Shown: positions 37,479 through 50,339 of the stretch, piece by piece
Layout of the letters: the number at the start of each line of letters is the position of its first letter
Position numbering within the stretch: position 1 is the first letter of the stretch
NCBI RefSeq assembly: GCF_036321535.1
Contig: NC_087438.1
Location: 4,032,001-4,096,000, forward strand
Source: Camelus dromedarius
Taxonomy: Eukaryota
Length of the DNA: 64,000 nucleotides
Direction: 5' to 3'
Program-made: the position numbers and the translations under genes
Notes under the pieces: model-generated
Seen by the model: only the letters and a program-made list of their open reading frames with translations
Databases searched by the model: none
What the model was told of the DNA's origin: nothing

Positions 37479-37516
37479 GTGTGTGTGTGCGCGCGTGCGC
37501 GTGCACATGCGTGCGT
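37479..37516. repeat. 38-bp strictly alternating purine-pyrimidine tract
   Basis: GTGTGTGTGTGCGCGCGTGCGCGTGCACATGCGTGCGT. Confidence 0.9.
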
Positions 37517-38379
37517 CCAAGCCTAAATCTCTCTATGGCATCATAGAAATTAAATATAAACAGAAAAGAAGATGAAGAGAAAGCAGCAGTCACCTGCATA
37601 TATTCTCTGCCAACTCCTACACTCACCAGCTCCCTCCTACCAGATAGACAGCGTTATCTAACTTTCTAGTCCATATCAAAACTGTCCTTTTTAATAAATG
37701 TTAATCAATGTCTACAGTTCTTCCTTGTAGGAGTAAAAGTGTTTAGTAATCTTTTGAAACTAGGGAAGTTGTGATGAATACATGTTTTATCCAAGCCTCA
37801 AAAGCAGGGTTAGATGACGTTGCTTTGTGAAGGTGTTTGACGGGGTGGCTGAGGGAACGATGTATGATGTAAGGCGCCCAGGAGAAGAGGAGTGTCATGG
37901 AGTTACCTGGGCTCTCGAAACCAGTGCCTTTATTCTCACGAATGTTAAGGGAGCCCTGGAGGACTAACGCTGGTGAGAAGGGAGATGGATGCTGCTGGGC
38001 TGTCCCATGGCTCCTTCTCCATTTCACCGCTGGGGACTCCTCTCGGCTGCAGCCTCTGAAATGAGTTTGGAGGTTTGTTTCATTTTACTAAATAGGCTTA
38101 CAAAGCCCTGAAACTTTGTATAAAGACAATTTGATTAATGTCTAGATTTCACCCCCTCCCTCCAACAAGGCAAGGAGATTTCGTGCATCTGTTTCTTCTC
38201 TGCTTGCCAGCATCTCTGCCATCGTTATCCTCTGTGAACTCATGTCCAGATGTGTATTAATTGTCTTATTTTTTAACCACATTTTTCAGAGTCAACCACA
38301 AGTTTTACCGGGCAGTATTATTTTGCACATCACTGTTTCATGTGTCTGACATTCTCTTTTTTCATTGTATTCATTCTGA

Positions 38380-38740
38380 ATTTTGCTGTAGCAAACTTCG
38401 AGTAATGCTTCCAGAGAGAGTGTTTAGGTTTGCCTTACACTCAGAAGTACTTAACTTTTATCCTTGAATGTGACTTTCACAGGATGCGGCATTCTGAGAT
38501 TAAACTGATTTTTCCCAAGGACTTCGAAAGCTTGTTACATAGCATCCATCACTGCACGTGAGAAGCATGGTGCTGACTAATCTTCATTCCTGGGTCAGCA
38601 ACCTCAGTCTCTCCACGGAGTCTCCCTCCTTGCCTCTCTATACATCTCCCTAAATGTTCTAGAACGTTCCTTCTCAGACTTGTTACTCTACGATGTCATT
38701 ATTTTTACGATACCTGTTCTTTAGTATTCGATGGGATCCA
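38380..38740 (-). mobile_element. Ancient L1 fragment (ORF1 region)
   Basis: TCCTTGAATGTGACTTTCACAGGATG..ATTCTGAG; GAGAAGCATGGTGCTGACTAAT. Confidence 0.45.
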
Positions 38741-39239
38741 CTTTAACATTAGGAGGTCAGTTTTTATAATGGCTCTATATGTGCTCTAAAATAATTATAA
38801 TTGAGGACAAAATTCTATGTATGTTTTATTCAATTAAACCAGTCAAGTAAAATGTATTTAACATATGCTTATAATCGAGAATAGTGTTAAAACCTCCTAG
38901 TATGTCTGTAAATTTGTTCTCTTTTCTCTTTTTTTTTTTTTTTTTTTGCTATTACACAGATCAAATATTCTTCACTCGATTTTATTTCCTTAATTATTTG
39001 GCATGTAAACTGGTGCAGCCACTATGGAATTATTTCTTTAATTATTTACACATTCCCTTAAAAGTCTTTCTTAAGATCTATGATCTTGTTTCTCAAGATT
39101 TTAACATATACATGTGACTTAACATGAAAAAATGGAGCTAATCATGATCTTTATCCTTCTTTATCCGTGATCTAATAATAGTTTATAATAGTAATAATTT
39201 ATTAAATCACTACATTCTGGTATGTTACTAATGTCCAAT

Positions 39240-40322
39240 TTTTCAGTTTTTTTTATCAAACAAATAATAAAATTATACATTATATTAGTTTCAGGTGTAT
39301 AATATAGTGAATCAGTATTTTTGTAGATTATATTACATTTAAAGTAATTATAAAATAATGACTACATTCCCTTGTGCTGTACACTGTATGGTTATAGCTT
39401 ATTTATTTTATACTTAGTAGTTTGTATCTCTTAATCCCCTACCCCTATCGTGCCCCTCCCCCTTCCCTCTCCCCACTGGTAACCAACAATTTGTTCTCTA
39501 TATCTGTGAATCTATTTCTGTTTTGTTATAGTCATTTGTTTGTTTTATTTGTTTAGGTTCCACATGTAAGCGATGACACACAGCACTAATCTTTCTCCTT
39601 CTGACTTTTTTCACTGAGCAGAATCCCCTCCAGATCCATCTACGTAGTTTCAAGTGGCAGAATTCAGTTCTTTTAGCGGATGATAATAAGCCACTGTGCA
39701 CACATAACCACGTCTTCTCTATCTGTTCGTCTGTTGGTGGACACTTAAGTTGCTTCCATATCTTGGCTACTGTGACTAATGCTACTATGAACATTGGGCT
39801 ACATGTATCTTTTGGAATTAGTGTTTTTATTTTTTTTCAGACACATACCCAGGAGTGGAACTGCTGGATCATATGGTAGTTCTACTTTTAGTTTTGTGAG
39901 AAACCTTTCTACAGTTTCCACAGTGCCTGCACCAATTCACATTCCCACCGAAATTGTGCTAGGATCCCCTTTCCCCACAGCCTCACCAACATTTGCTATT
40001 TGTAGACTTTTTAATAATAGCCTTTCTGGCAGACCTGACAGCTCGTTGTGGTTTGTGATTTCTCTGGCCATCTGGGCCTGGACTTTTGTTTGCTGGGACT
40101 ATTTGTTACAAATTGAATTTCACCACTAGTGACTGGTCTACTCAGATTGTCTGTTTCCTCTTGATACAGACTCGGAAGGTTCTGTGTTTCTAGAAGTACG
40201 TTCATTTCTTTCAGAGAGTCCAGTTTGTTGACATATAGCTGTCCGTGGTAGTCTCTCATGATTTCTTTGTATCTCTGTGATATCTGTTGTTATTTTTCTC
40301 TTTCATTTCTTATTTTGTTTGA
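39240..40322 (-). mobile_element. L1 3' end (cetartiodactyl-type 3'UTR) fused to upstream ORF2 across an internal deletion
   Basis: ORF 39498-39794 MFIVALVTVAKIWKQLKCP (ORF2 C-terminus) and ORF 40011-40259 RDYHGQLYVNKLDSLKEM..LPSLYQEE..RPVTSGEI (ORF2 upstream of RT). Confidence 0.9.
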
Positions 40323-40329
40323 GCCCAAC

Positions 40330-40860
40330 TATTCTCGCTTGCAGTTTATTCTAGCTTCAGTTTTCTTCTTTCTAGAGTAATTTCTCTTATTCTTTTATAA
40401 AGTTTTAAATAGTGGTGAAATTCCTCAATCTTTGCCTGAAAATAGCATTATTTAAAATTCATTATTAAATAATAGCTTAGTTAGATGTAGAATTCCAAGC
40501 AGAAGTTTATTTTCTTTTAATACTTTGAAAATTATTCTATTGTTATATCATTTCTATTGTTAACATTGAGAAGCCTTTTGTAAGGTAAATTTTTAATAAG
40601 TAAGTCAATCTGGTTTTTTCACTGGATAAACTTAAGATTTTTTTTCTTTTTTGATTTTGTAGTCACTTTATGATGTGTCTAGTTGTATATATTATTTATT
40701 CCATTGGATTCACTGATTTTTCTGCTTAAGAGAATTCAGATTTTTCCTTAAACTCTAAAAATGTCTAGCCTTTAATTTGGATATTTCTTCTCTCTCGTTC
40801 TTTCTATTTTCCTCTTTTGGAACCCTCATTAAATCTATGTTGGACAATAATTTTGCCTTT
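40330..40860 (-). mobile_element. Ancient L1ME fragment
   Basis: T-rich; TAGCTTAGTTAGATGTAGAATTC..TTTTCTTTTAATACTTTGAAAATTATTCTATTG..TTGAGAAG. Confidence 0.6.
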
Positions 40861-40861
40861 C

Positions 40862-40980
40862 ATGTGTGTATGCATGTGTGTATATATATGTATGTGTATA
40901 TGTGTGTGTGTGTGTATATATATTTATTATGTATATAAATGTTCATATAATGTTCAATTGTCATATGTATGTGTGTATGT
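40862..40980 (+). repeat. Degenerate (TG/TA)n simple repeat
   Basis: Read directly. Confidence 0.85.
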
Positions 40981-43900
40981 TTTAAATTTTTTAATTTAAC
41001 AAGTCACTCACTGTTTCCTAAGCATTTCATAAATACCATTTCATTTAGTCCTTAAAGCGATCCTTGAAATAATACTGAGTGTATCCCTAGAGCAGTCCTA
41101 CAGTTCACTACGTAGCCTAGGCTATGGTTTCAGGTGTGACCATAACGGAGAAAAATCCGGGCAGAAGTAGAGTTTGTCCCACACTGTCTGTGATCACACT
41201 GCCCTGCAGCTTGTCTTGCCTCGCCAGCATTTAATTCAGCAAAAGACCAATGTTTGTTCCATAGTCATCAGGAAAACTCAATCTAACCTCCCACACCCTG
41301 CCCCTCATCCCAATTCAGAATACCTTTAAGGGGAGAATTGTGACAATATGGTGGCACAGTATTTCATCTTCGGCACCACTTTGAGATGATTTTTCCTCAA
41401 TTTGAAAATGAATCTGTGGCCACTGGAACTGGAACTTCAGGGTTTCCCCCACAAAGAAATGGTGAGTGAGCTGCTGGGCGGGTGCACAAAGCATTTCAAA
41501 CACAATTACAGAATGAGACGTGAACCGCTGTTTCCCCTCACTCGGCTGTGATGTGTAGAGTTCCTTTATTTTAGAATATGTGATCAAAATGCTCCACACA
41601 TGTCTTCAAATAAACTTTGGGAGTTCAGTCTGTTTGGGAGTTAGCACTGGTGGCATTAATGTTTGTTTTGCTCTGCATTGTTCTAAGATCAAAACGCAAC
41701 CGAGTATTTTCCCTTGAACTCCTGTGTCTCTTTCGTGAAGAAATACAATTGATCCAGTTTTGTTTGTGGAAACGTGAAGGTTCATTAGGGATTAATCACG
41801 GGACTGACAGATACCTGCGTTCTGCCCCCTTTATTCCCCGAAAGTTCTGGTGTTGCCCTCTGTCCCCAGCTGCTGAAAAGCTTCAGCCAGATTGGTTCAG
41901 TTCCCTCTCAGAGTCAAGAATCCAGGGTTCTGGTCGACTGCTGAGGTGTGACGGTGTCCCACTGCTGGGGTGTTGGGGGCCAGCAAAGGGGCAGATGGGA
42001 ACCCGCATGTGGCCGAAGGGGGGCGATGGTGGTTAAGACTGGAGACCGTTCGTGGGGTTTGCGTTTTGTCCTCAGTGCCTTTCTTAGAGAAAACTTATTC
42101 TTTATAATAAAAATATTCAGGAAGGAGGTCAGCAGGGCCCTCTGTGCACAGACCCTGATCTCATCTCCTTGCTGGTCCATGAACATCCGTACCCAGAGCC
42201 TTTCCAGGGAGATCAGCCCAGCAGGTCCAAGCCTCCTAGCCCTTCACGCCTCGCTGTCCTCGCCAAACGCGCCCCGCTAGCTCACTCTGTTTGCCATGAG
42301 ATGGTTATTTTCCGTCCCATGCTTGGACCCACTTGGTCATTCTCCAGTGTCTGCCCCTCTTTGCAGCTCTCCTCCCATGCTGCTTCACTTCAGGGCAACT
42401 GTCCAGAGGCAAGGGAAGGAAGCCATCACTGGCAAGGAAAGTCCAGAAAGAAGAGATTGTTTGCACATTTTTGGTACAACATTAACTCATAGACGTGCTG
42501 ATTCTTATGCGGCAGTGAATTGATGAGAACCAGCACTAAAAAGCAGAGAAAACAAGAGCCTTCAGACGCATGCACTTGGCACCACGGTTCTCTTTGGAGG
42601 AAATCGAGAAGGAAAAGGGAGGAGAGAGCACAAAATCGTGCAGCCCTGACCCTGGAGCCAGAGGTCCTTGCGCTTCCTTCCTGGCCATTTAAATATGCTG
42701 TCTAGACACATTAGGCTCCGAGCTCATTTCCACCGTCCTGCAATGCTGCAAGCTGAGGCTCTTGCTGAGACGCTGTCTGCCATGGTTTCCTTCCTGAATA
42801 GAGACTGAACAAGACACACAGAGACTGATAGGAAGTATCGGGCTCTGTCACAAGAGACACTGCTTTGTGGAAAATGCTGGAGACTGGTGCATGGGGATTT
42901 GAATGCGGGTGGAGGGCAATTAAATAGAGGAGATAAAAGGGGCTGCTAGACCTCTCCTCCCTCTCTCCAGTGCCTTTGTTGATTCACAGCAGCAAGCGGG
43001 TTGCGGTGGGTATGGGGAGCACAGGGGGTCTGTCCTGGCTTCTGACTCTTCCAGGCTCACCTCTCCTGTACCACCTGGTTCCCTTCTGCTGTTCTGCCAC
43101 CTCGAGTCAAGTGAATTTCAGCTGCTTCAAACTGAAGTGCAGAGTTTAGACATGCAAACAGCACCACGCTGATTGATACACTGTGCTCTGCATGCCGACA
43201 GAAGCTGCCTGCTGGACCCCAAGAGGCTGCCTCACCAGCCATCCCTGAGGCCCAGGACTCACCCTGGAAGGCACAGCTTGAGACTTTGCGCCCCTGCCCC
43301 CATCACCCCAGCCCCTTGAAATCAAAGCTTTGAAAGATTGCTTTCATTTAATACTGTTTCAGGATTAGAACTTGTGTAAATCTATAACCTGTCATTTTTT
43401 TCCTTTACTTAAATTTAATTTAGGAGCAAATTAAAATTTAGCTGCAACGGCTGGAAAAAACCCTCATGTTTATGTACCCTTCTCCCTTCTGAAGTCGTAA
43501 GTGATTTTGAGCTTACAATTTACCAATTGTTTGCCACAGTACCTGGAGCTGGGTTTGGCGGGGAGAGAAAGAAAAAACACGTACACAAAAGATACGCAGC
43601 TCATATCCTTATAATGTCCTTCTAGAGAAAACCAACCGGGGGTGGGCATGAGTGTGACACAGAGCCCTCTGGCACCCCAGCTCATCTGAAGAGAGCAGCT
43701 CAGTGCCCTGACCTGTGACCTGACATGGCAGATCTCCTGGGAATGCGCTTGGCCTGGAGATGCTCTTGGCCCCCAGCCCCAGCCTCACAGCCACTGTGAC
43801 CTTGGCACCAAGCACCCGTGAGCTGCTTCTGCTGCGCATCCAAGTCCGTGTCCTCGTGAGAATGGCGGGGGTCCAGGTACCCTGGGGCTTCGCTTTCAGG

Positions 43901-44589
43901 TGTGCTTGACACGTGTTAGCACAACAGTCGTACCAGAAGAGCTAAAATTGAAAATAGAATCTAGTTGGGAGTTTCCTTGGAAAACGTGCTCTTTGGAAAA
44001 AGCCTATTTTTCTTTTCTTAATATATTTATCTTCTGCATTCCTGGGGGACTAAGAAATAGACATCTGTGAAAGGAATGCAAATTCCATCTGTCAAGAGGA
44101 AGTCCATGTCGTGATGTCACTCTGGACGGCCTAGATTCCCTCATCTCAGTAGCCTCTTCCCTTTTTATTAGGGTTTGAGATAAAAATCCCCATCCCCACT
44201 GCCAGCCAGCTGCCCTTGGCGTCAGTATTTCTGCCCTGAGCCCGTCTGCAGCCCTGCACTCCCAAGAGAGGAGGAGACCAAGAGAAGCTGCCCGCCTGTC
44301 ATTTACAGTGTGAGCTCCAAAACCAAGGCTGGACCACCTAACAACGAGTCGGAAGCTCTGAGGATTCCCATCTCCGACTCTTGGGAGGCGGAAATGTGCT
44401 ATTAATTTTTGTAGATGAGGCGATGCTATCAGGGTGCTGAGCTATGGGAACAGCAGTCGGAGAGGCTGTCTAGATATAGCCTTGCACACTGATCGCCAGG
44501 GACGGATGCCACTCAGGCTGTGGGTGGAAAACTCTTTAAGACAGATTGCTCACTGGAGGGTTGGGATTCAGATGTGAGAATGAAGAGTG

Positions 44590-45075
44590 TTTGGATATCT
44601 GTCAATCATCCCATTCAGGATCCTTTCCTGAGCCAGGGCCAGCGCTGAGCGCCCTGTGGTGGTGAGTTAGCAAAGACAGGGCTCAGCCCTGCAGGAACGG
44701 GGAGTCTGGTGGAAGAGGAGGAGCACAGGTAAGGAAGCAATTACCAGATGGGACACGTGCCTTATTGGAGGGGAGGGAAGGGCGCCTGGGGCCTGAAGAT
44801 GTAATGGGATTGTGGAGGCAACGTGTGCTGAGAGCAGGGGCAGCTGTCTCATCCATTTTCAGGAGCCCCAGCTTTATTCTTCCACCCGCAGGGAGGCAGC
44901 CACTCCCGACCAGTGGTGGAGGGCAGGGCTGAGACCAGGTGAGGAGCCTGGCATTGCACGAGGTGGGAGGGAGATGCAGCTCCAGCAGCAGGGGCAGCAG
45001 GGGAGTGAGCGGTGCTGCCCTGAGGTGGAGACCTGGGGACCATAGGGTTTGGCATGCAGGTGAGCAAGGAGCTCA
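44590..45075 (-). mobile_element. L2 3' region
   Basis: CAATCATCCCATTCA..CTGAGCCAGG..AGCAAAGACAGG..CAGCCCTGCAGGA..AGTCTGGTGG. Confidence 0.55.
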
Positions 45076-45121
45076 GTGTGAGTGATCACATGCCTCGGGT
45101 CCTCGGGTTTGCCTGGAAATC

Positions 45122-45488
45122 GTGTCTGTTCTCTGAATGTGATCTGCTGGATGCCCGTGTTGAAGCCCCCACCCCACAATGTGACAGGGTTTGGAGGTGC
45201 TTAGGGTAGATGAGATCATGAAGGCGGGGCCCCAATGGGATTAGTGCCCTTACCGGGAGACACCCCAGAGCCTGGTCTCTCTGCTCCCAGGCACCAAGGA
45301 GAGGCCACTGGAAGGCACAGGAAGAAGGTGGTGGTCTACACGCCAGGAACTGGGCCGTCACCCGAACCCAAATCTGTCACCACCTTGATCTGGGCTTCCA
45401 GCCTCCAGCACTGTGAGAAATACACGTGTGTTGTTTAAGACGCCCTGCCTGTGGTGTTACGTTACAGGCGCCCCAGCAGACTGAGACC
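45122..45488 (+). mobile_element. MLT1A/MST-like solo LTR
   Basis: GATGAGATCATGAAGGCGGGGCCCCAATGGGATTAGTGCCCTTA...ACCTTGATCTGGGCTTCCAGCCTCCAG.ACTGTGAGAAATA. Confidence 0.85.
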
Positions 45489-48400
45489 CTGAGTTAGTGA
45501 AAACGCACCCGGAGCAGGCTGATGGGGAGGAAGGGCTGCCCGGACGTTCTCCATTTGATCTGAGTTAGAACCTGCAGGCGGGCCTGCCCAGTGGGCAGGG
45601 GAATAAAATTCTCCAGTGTTTCCCAGGGTCCCCCTCCCCCTCAGTCCTCACCACAAATTGTGGACACAAGTTCACGAGTCCTCTGTTCTGCCGCCCCCAC
45701 TCCTCCCTCCCACCCCACCCCACCGGGGCAGCCTTCCCTGCAGGAGAGCATGTTCCCCAGAGTGAGACGCCCCCAGAGGGTTCAGCAGGGCAGGCCGGGA
45801 GCCCACGCGGCCACGACCAGCCCTGGTCACACTCTGATTTCCCAGCTGGCTGCCTGCTCTGAGCTTCTGATCCCCTCCACCGGCTGTCTCAGAGCTTCTG
45901 CTTGTTCTCGCTTAAAGCTCTGGGAGCTAATGTGGTTCCTGTTGTTTTCAAAGGCAGATTTGTCCTCTGTGCACTGAGGGGAGAGACGCAAAACACACTC
46001 AGCCTGACACTCCACCCTCGGAGTTTCCTTTATCAGCTGCAAACCCTGGTTCTCTGGAATAACATTACACCTCCATCTAGCTTAGCCAACACCTTCCTTT
46101 GCAAGGATCCCAAGCACTTTCCCAGCCCTGTTTACCACTAAAGGAATTTCCGGACAACTCCAGAGTGTCCCGTCTTCCCTGAGCCCTCAAGGGAGGAGCA
46201 GATAAAGGACCCAAGACTCTCTTCCAATTGTCCCCTGGTCCCCTGGGCAGTGTGGTTTGCGCCCTGAGGATCAGCTCCTGGATCTAACACCTTTCCCCAT
46301 GAGAATTCCCAAGGTCCAGAGGGTGGAAAGGACAGAGACGGCAACAAGATGACAAGACAACCCCCGTGCAGCCAGGCTCCTCCCTCCCCTCCCGGGGCTC
46401 CCCCCACCCACGTAGAGGGCAGGGGTCCCTCGGGCCACCCCCTCTCCAGCTGCCCCTGCAGAGGCCCTTTCACTGGGGGAGGGCTTACAAAGGCTTTGCT
46501 GGAAAAGATAGATGGCTTCCTTGCCAAGAGCATTTAAAACTGAGAAAATGAGCAAACCGGACAAATCACTTGCGTTATAGATTTAGAACTAATGCAAATT
46601 AGATTTAGAACTAATCATTCCCAGATAGCTATTCAAAAAGGGATAAAAAGCAACCAAACTTATTGATGAAGCCAACTACACAACCCGAAAATGAACAGCA
46701 GCCATGAGAACTGACACTGAATGCCTCCAGCCTCCAGTCGCCTCGAGCACGACGACGCTCACCCTCCCCTTCTCCTCCCAGCCTCCTGACGAGTTCTGTT
46801 TCCCAGGGAGTAGACCATGGGGGCTGGAGCTTTTTAAGAATCCCTGCAGCTCCACCAGCCCACAGTCAGCTTCCAACTCAGCCGAGAGTGGTTTTCTATG
46901 AACAGAAACCCTTCCTTGGTGTCTCATCGAGTCCAAACCAGAGTTGACAATTGCTCTTTTTTCTGTTTATAATCACGGACGTGCCTTTCACACTCTCATA
47001 ATCACCCCTCTTTATTCTCACTCCACTTTTTTTGATGCTTCACACCATCACGGCAGGTGAAATTCAGGCTCAGGAACTAAAGGAACTTGCGGATCCTGAC
47101 GCAGAGATCCTGGCTTACTCTTCCCATTTGGACAACCTAGGTAGACATCGGATGAGCTGCTCTCAGACACACCGTCCTAGACAGCTTTAGAGCAGCACAG
47201 ACGCTCTCTGGCAGGAAATGGGAAGACAGGATGAGGACATGCTCACCCTGGCTCCACCCAGGGCGTGCGGGACCCCGCATCCTGGCTGCCTGGGACACGC
47301 TCCTGGGGGTTCAGAGACGGCAAGGAGGCTGCTCCTGGTGAGCCGCCCACAGCCACATCCCCCTCACTCAACAAGCCTGGGAGTGCCCACCTGTCCCCCT
47401 CTCCCACCTGCCCTCTCCCACCTGCCTCAGACTGGGCTTTGCCAGCACGGAAGCTACGAGGCGCAAAAAGTGACTGGCTGGAGACAGGAGGGCATGGCCG
47501 GGGTGATTCAAAAAACTGTTCAGACCCTGCACTCTGGAGAAGTCCCCGATTTCTACCATCTTCTTTCTGAAAGGGGCTCTCAAGCAGCTGAAGCCTGCGC
47601 TTCCTGGATCAGACAGCAAACTCCTCCCCTATCTCCCCAGCCCACTCCTCCTTCTCTCCCCGCAAGCCCCACCCCCGCTCTGGCTCCCTACAGGGTTGCA
47701 CGGCACAAACTAATTATAAAATTAAACTTCTATGCCAATGTATTTAAATTTAATACCAGTACAAGGAGTAAATTCATTTGGAGGGATTCAAAAGTGATTT
47801 ATTATGTGATGAAAACGTAAGGGTATAGTCTCTCTGGGCTACCTGCATTTTCAATTTGCATATGATATTCAAACTCAAATTCATCTGCAAACAAAAGCAA
47901 TATAAGCTTAAAGCTGTGCTATTTATTTATAGAATAACAATATACCTCCCTTGTCCCTGAGCTTACTAATTTTCTGAAATGCTATAACTGCTGTTTTGTG
48001 TCTTTTATTTATATTTCTGAGGTGCTTAGAAATCAAAACTGGCTTTAATGTGCCTTTACTTACTCTGCCTGACTCGCTGCGGAGGCACAATTTCAACCTA
48101 TTCTGATTCTCCAATTAATGCGTCGGTGATCAATGCCCACACCTCATCACAGTTTTCCTCTCTCTTCTGTTCATAAAAGTTAAACATGTTCATTATAGAA
48201 ATTGGGGGGGAATGAGAAGAAGAAAATTAAAGCCACTCTCCCTAATCCCATCACTCAGAATGAGTCTCTATTGGACGCGAGAGAAAGACACAAAAGTGTT
48301 TTCAATTACAACGGGCAGAAGGTGTCACCCACAGACTCACTGCCCCCAGCGATGTGCAGACGGGGGGCTATGCCCCAGACTTGGAAATCAGTCTGTCCCT

Positions 48401-49279
48401 GAAAACAAGACAAATAGAAGTTGGCTCCTGCCCCAGGACAGACATGGAAGAAAATATCTGGACTAATTGTTAAAAAAGAGGCTCTCGCCCCTATCTGACA
48501 TACAGGAAACTGGGAAAACACTCTTCCTTGATTTTTCCTTCCCGCGAAGAGATGCCCTAAATCACACAATCAAAGGGAGTATGTTCTTGGGAGGTTCAAG
48601 ATACAGAGAGATAAAATAGTGAGTCAAGGAAGGGGAGCCAGGGCAGCCTTGTGACGTCCTAAAGCAGAGCTGAGCGGGGACCCTGCCACAGGCCCACAGG
48701 ACAAGCCGCCTGTCAGGTACACGGAAAGACAACTTTCTTCTAAAGACTACTGTCAATAGCCCCAGAAGTGATATTAAGGAAATATTTAGTTAATGCAAAA
48801 ATAATAGGCACATTCAAATATATTCTTAATGCTCACGAGCCGTTCCGCAGACAGCAAGTGAAAGTGGACCTTCTGGACAGTCAGCCTCATCCTTCGGGTA
48901 CTTGGTCTAAATGACACCATGACTGCTGCCTTTCTTCCTTCAGTGGGTGTTTGTCAAGTACACACAACGCCACCTGACATTTTACAGTATTTTTAGAGCA
49001 TAGAATCCTGTAAGGATGAAGGCTTCGCAGCTCAAGGAGCTCGTGCATTTAAGTGACTGGGGAGTTCGTAGCTACCGTAACGGTGCACGCACGCACACAC
49101 ACAGGCATGGGCACACACAAACACAAATGTGAGCGAGGACCTGCACCCAGGCTCTGATGCATTTTATTTGCAAATTGGGGCTTTCGCTACTGGTGTGTTC
49201 TGTATCTTATTTTTCATCACAAAAATGAAATTAAAGTGTGTAATAAAATGAGTCTCCCCCAAACTATTGATCTAGCTTA

Positions 49280-49530
49280 AAATAATTATAGCTAAACATA
49301 GCACTTCTTCTGTGTCAGTCAGTGTTATAAGCAATTTATTTCATATCCCACTTAATCCCCATGTAAGGAAACCATATAAGAAAAAACGCTATTGTTACCT
49401 TTTTACACATGGGAAACTGAAGCATAAATATTAACATTAATTTAACTAAAGTTATACAACTAATGAGCAATAAAAGCATGATTCAAACCCAAACACCTGG
49501 ATTCCCAAACCCACGCTTTACGCACTGACC
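49280..49530 (-). mobile_element. MIR SINE
   Basis: ATAGCTAAACATAGCACTT...TTTTACACATGGGAAACTGAAGC...ATTCAAACCCAAA. Confidence 0.75.
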
Positions 49531-50339
49531 TCTTTACCCCTTGAGCTCCTGAAACTGTGACTCAGGAAGGCGCAGTCCAGACCCCCCAGCACGTCGCTGC
49601 ACTGCCCCCACCCCTGCCCTCGGCCAGCTCCCATCTCTGTGCTGGTTTGCTCCCTGGCAGTGTCTACGAGATCCAGCCGGTGAGAGTCCTGCATTTTACA
49701 CGCAGGAACGAGAAGGTTGTGTTTTGTTCATGTTTAATTTGCATGTACCATATTTCAACTCCGAGAGCATAGCAAAACTAAATGCCTGTGCTAAGTGAAA
49801 GTGTGATATCAGTTCCTGAGGTATAAAGAAGAGCTTCCTTAAATGATAATATTATGGAAATATCACATCTGAATTCTTTCATGCAGCCCTAAGCCCAAGG
49901 CTCAGAACACTGGAGCGGATTCACTGAAACAGAGGCGCGCCCCCTCCTGGTCCACCCCACCTGGTCTGGCTGTGAAACGTTGGCCAAGAAGGGGAAGGAG
50001 GGCACGTGTGAACATGTGAGGGATGCAGAGAAAGCATGAGGAGAACCGAGGTTGGGGCCGAATCTTTTAAGGGTAAAAGCAGGGAGAGGAAGCTTCTTTG
50101 TTTCACAATGTAAAGATCCCCCAACACTGCTTTTGAAACAGTGGTCTACCAGCCTCCAGCGTGATTCCATCTTTTTGGAGTCAGGTCATCTAAAAAGTGT
50201 GGCGTAGCTTCTTAGGTATTTTGAGAGTAGGAGATGCTCCAAGATGACATATATTTAGCTGCCTAACCTTCTTGCTTATGCTTTTTTGTGTGATGGATAC
50301 GTTTCCCTGATGGGCTCGTGTTTATGACTCCAGCAATGT

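Noticed and set aside
47218..47820. Longest ORF (200 aa)
   Set aside because: Low-complexity Pro-rich translation of GC-rich DNA running into an AT-rich block; no recognisable domain or exon structure
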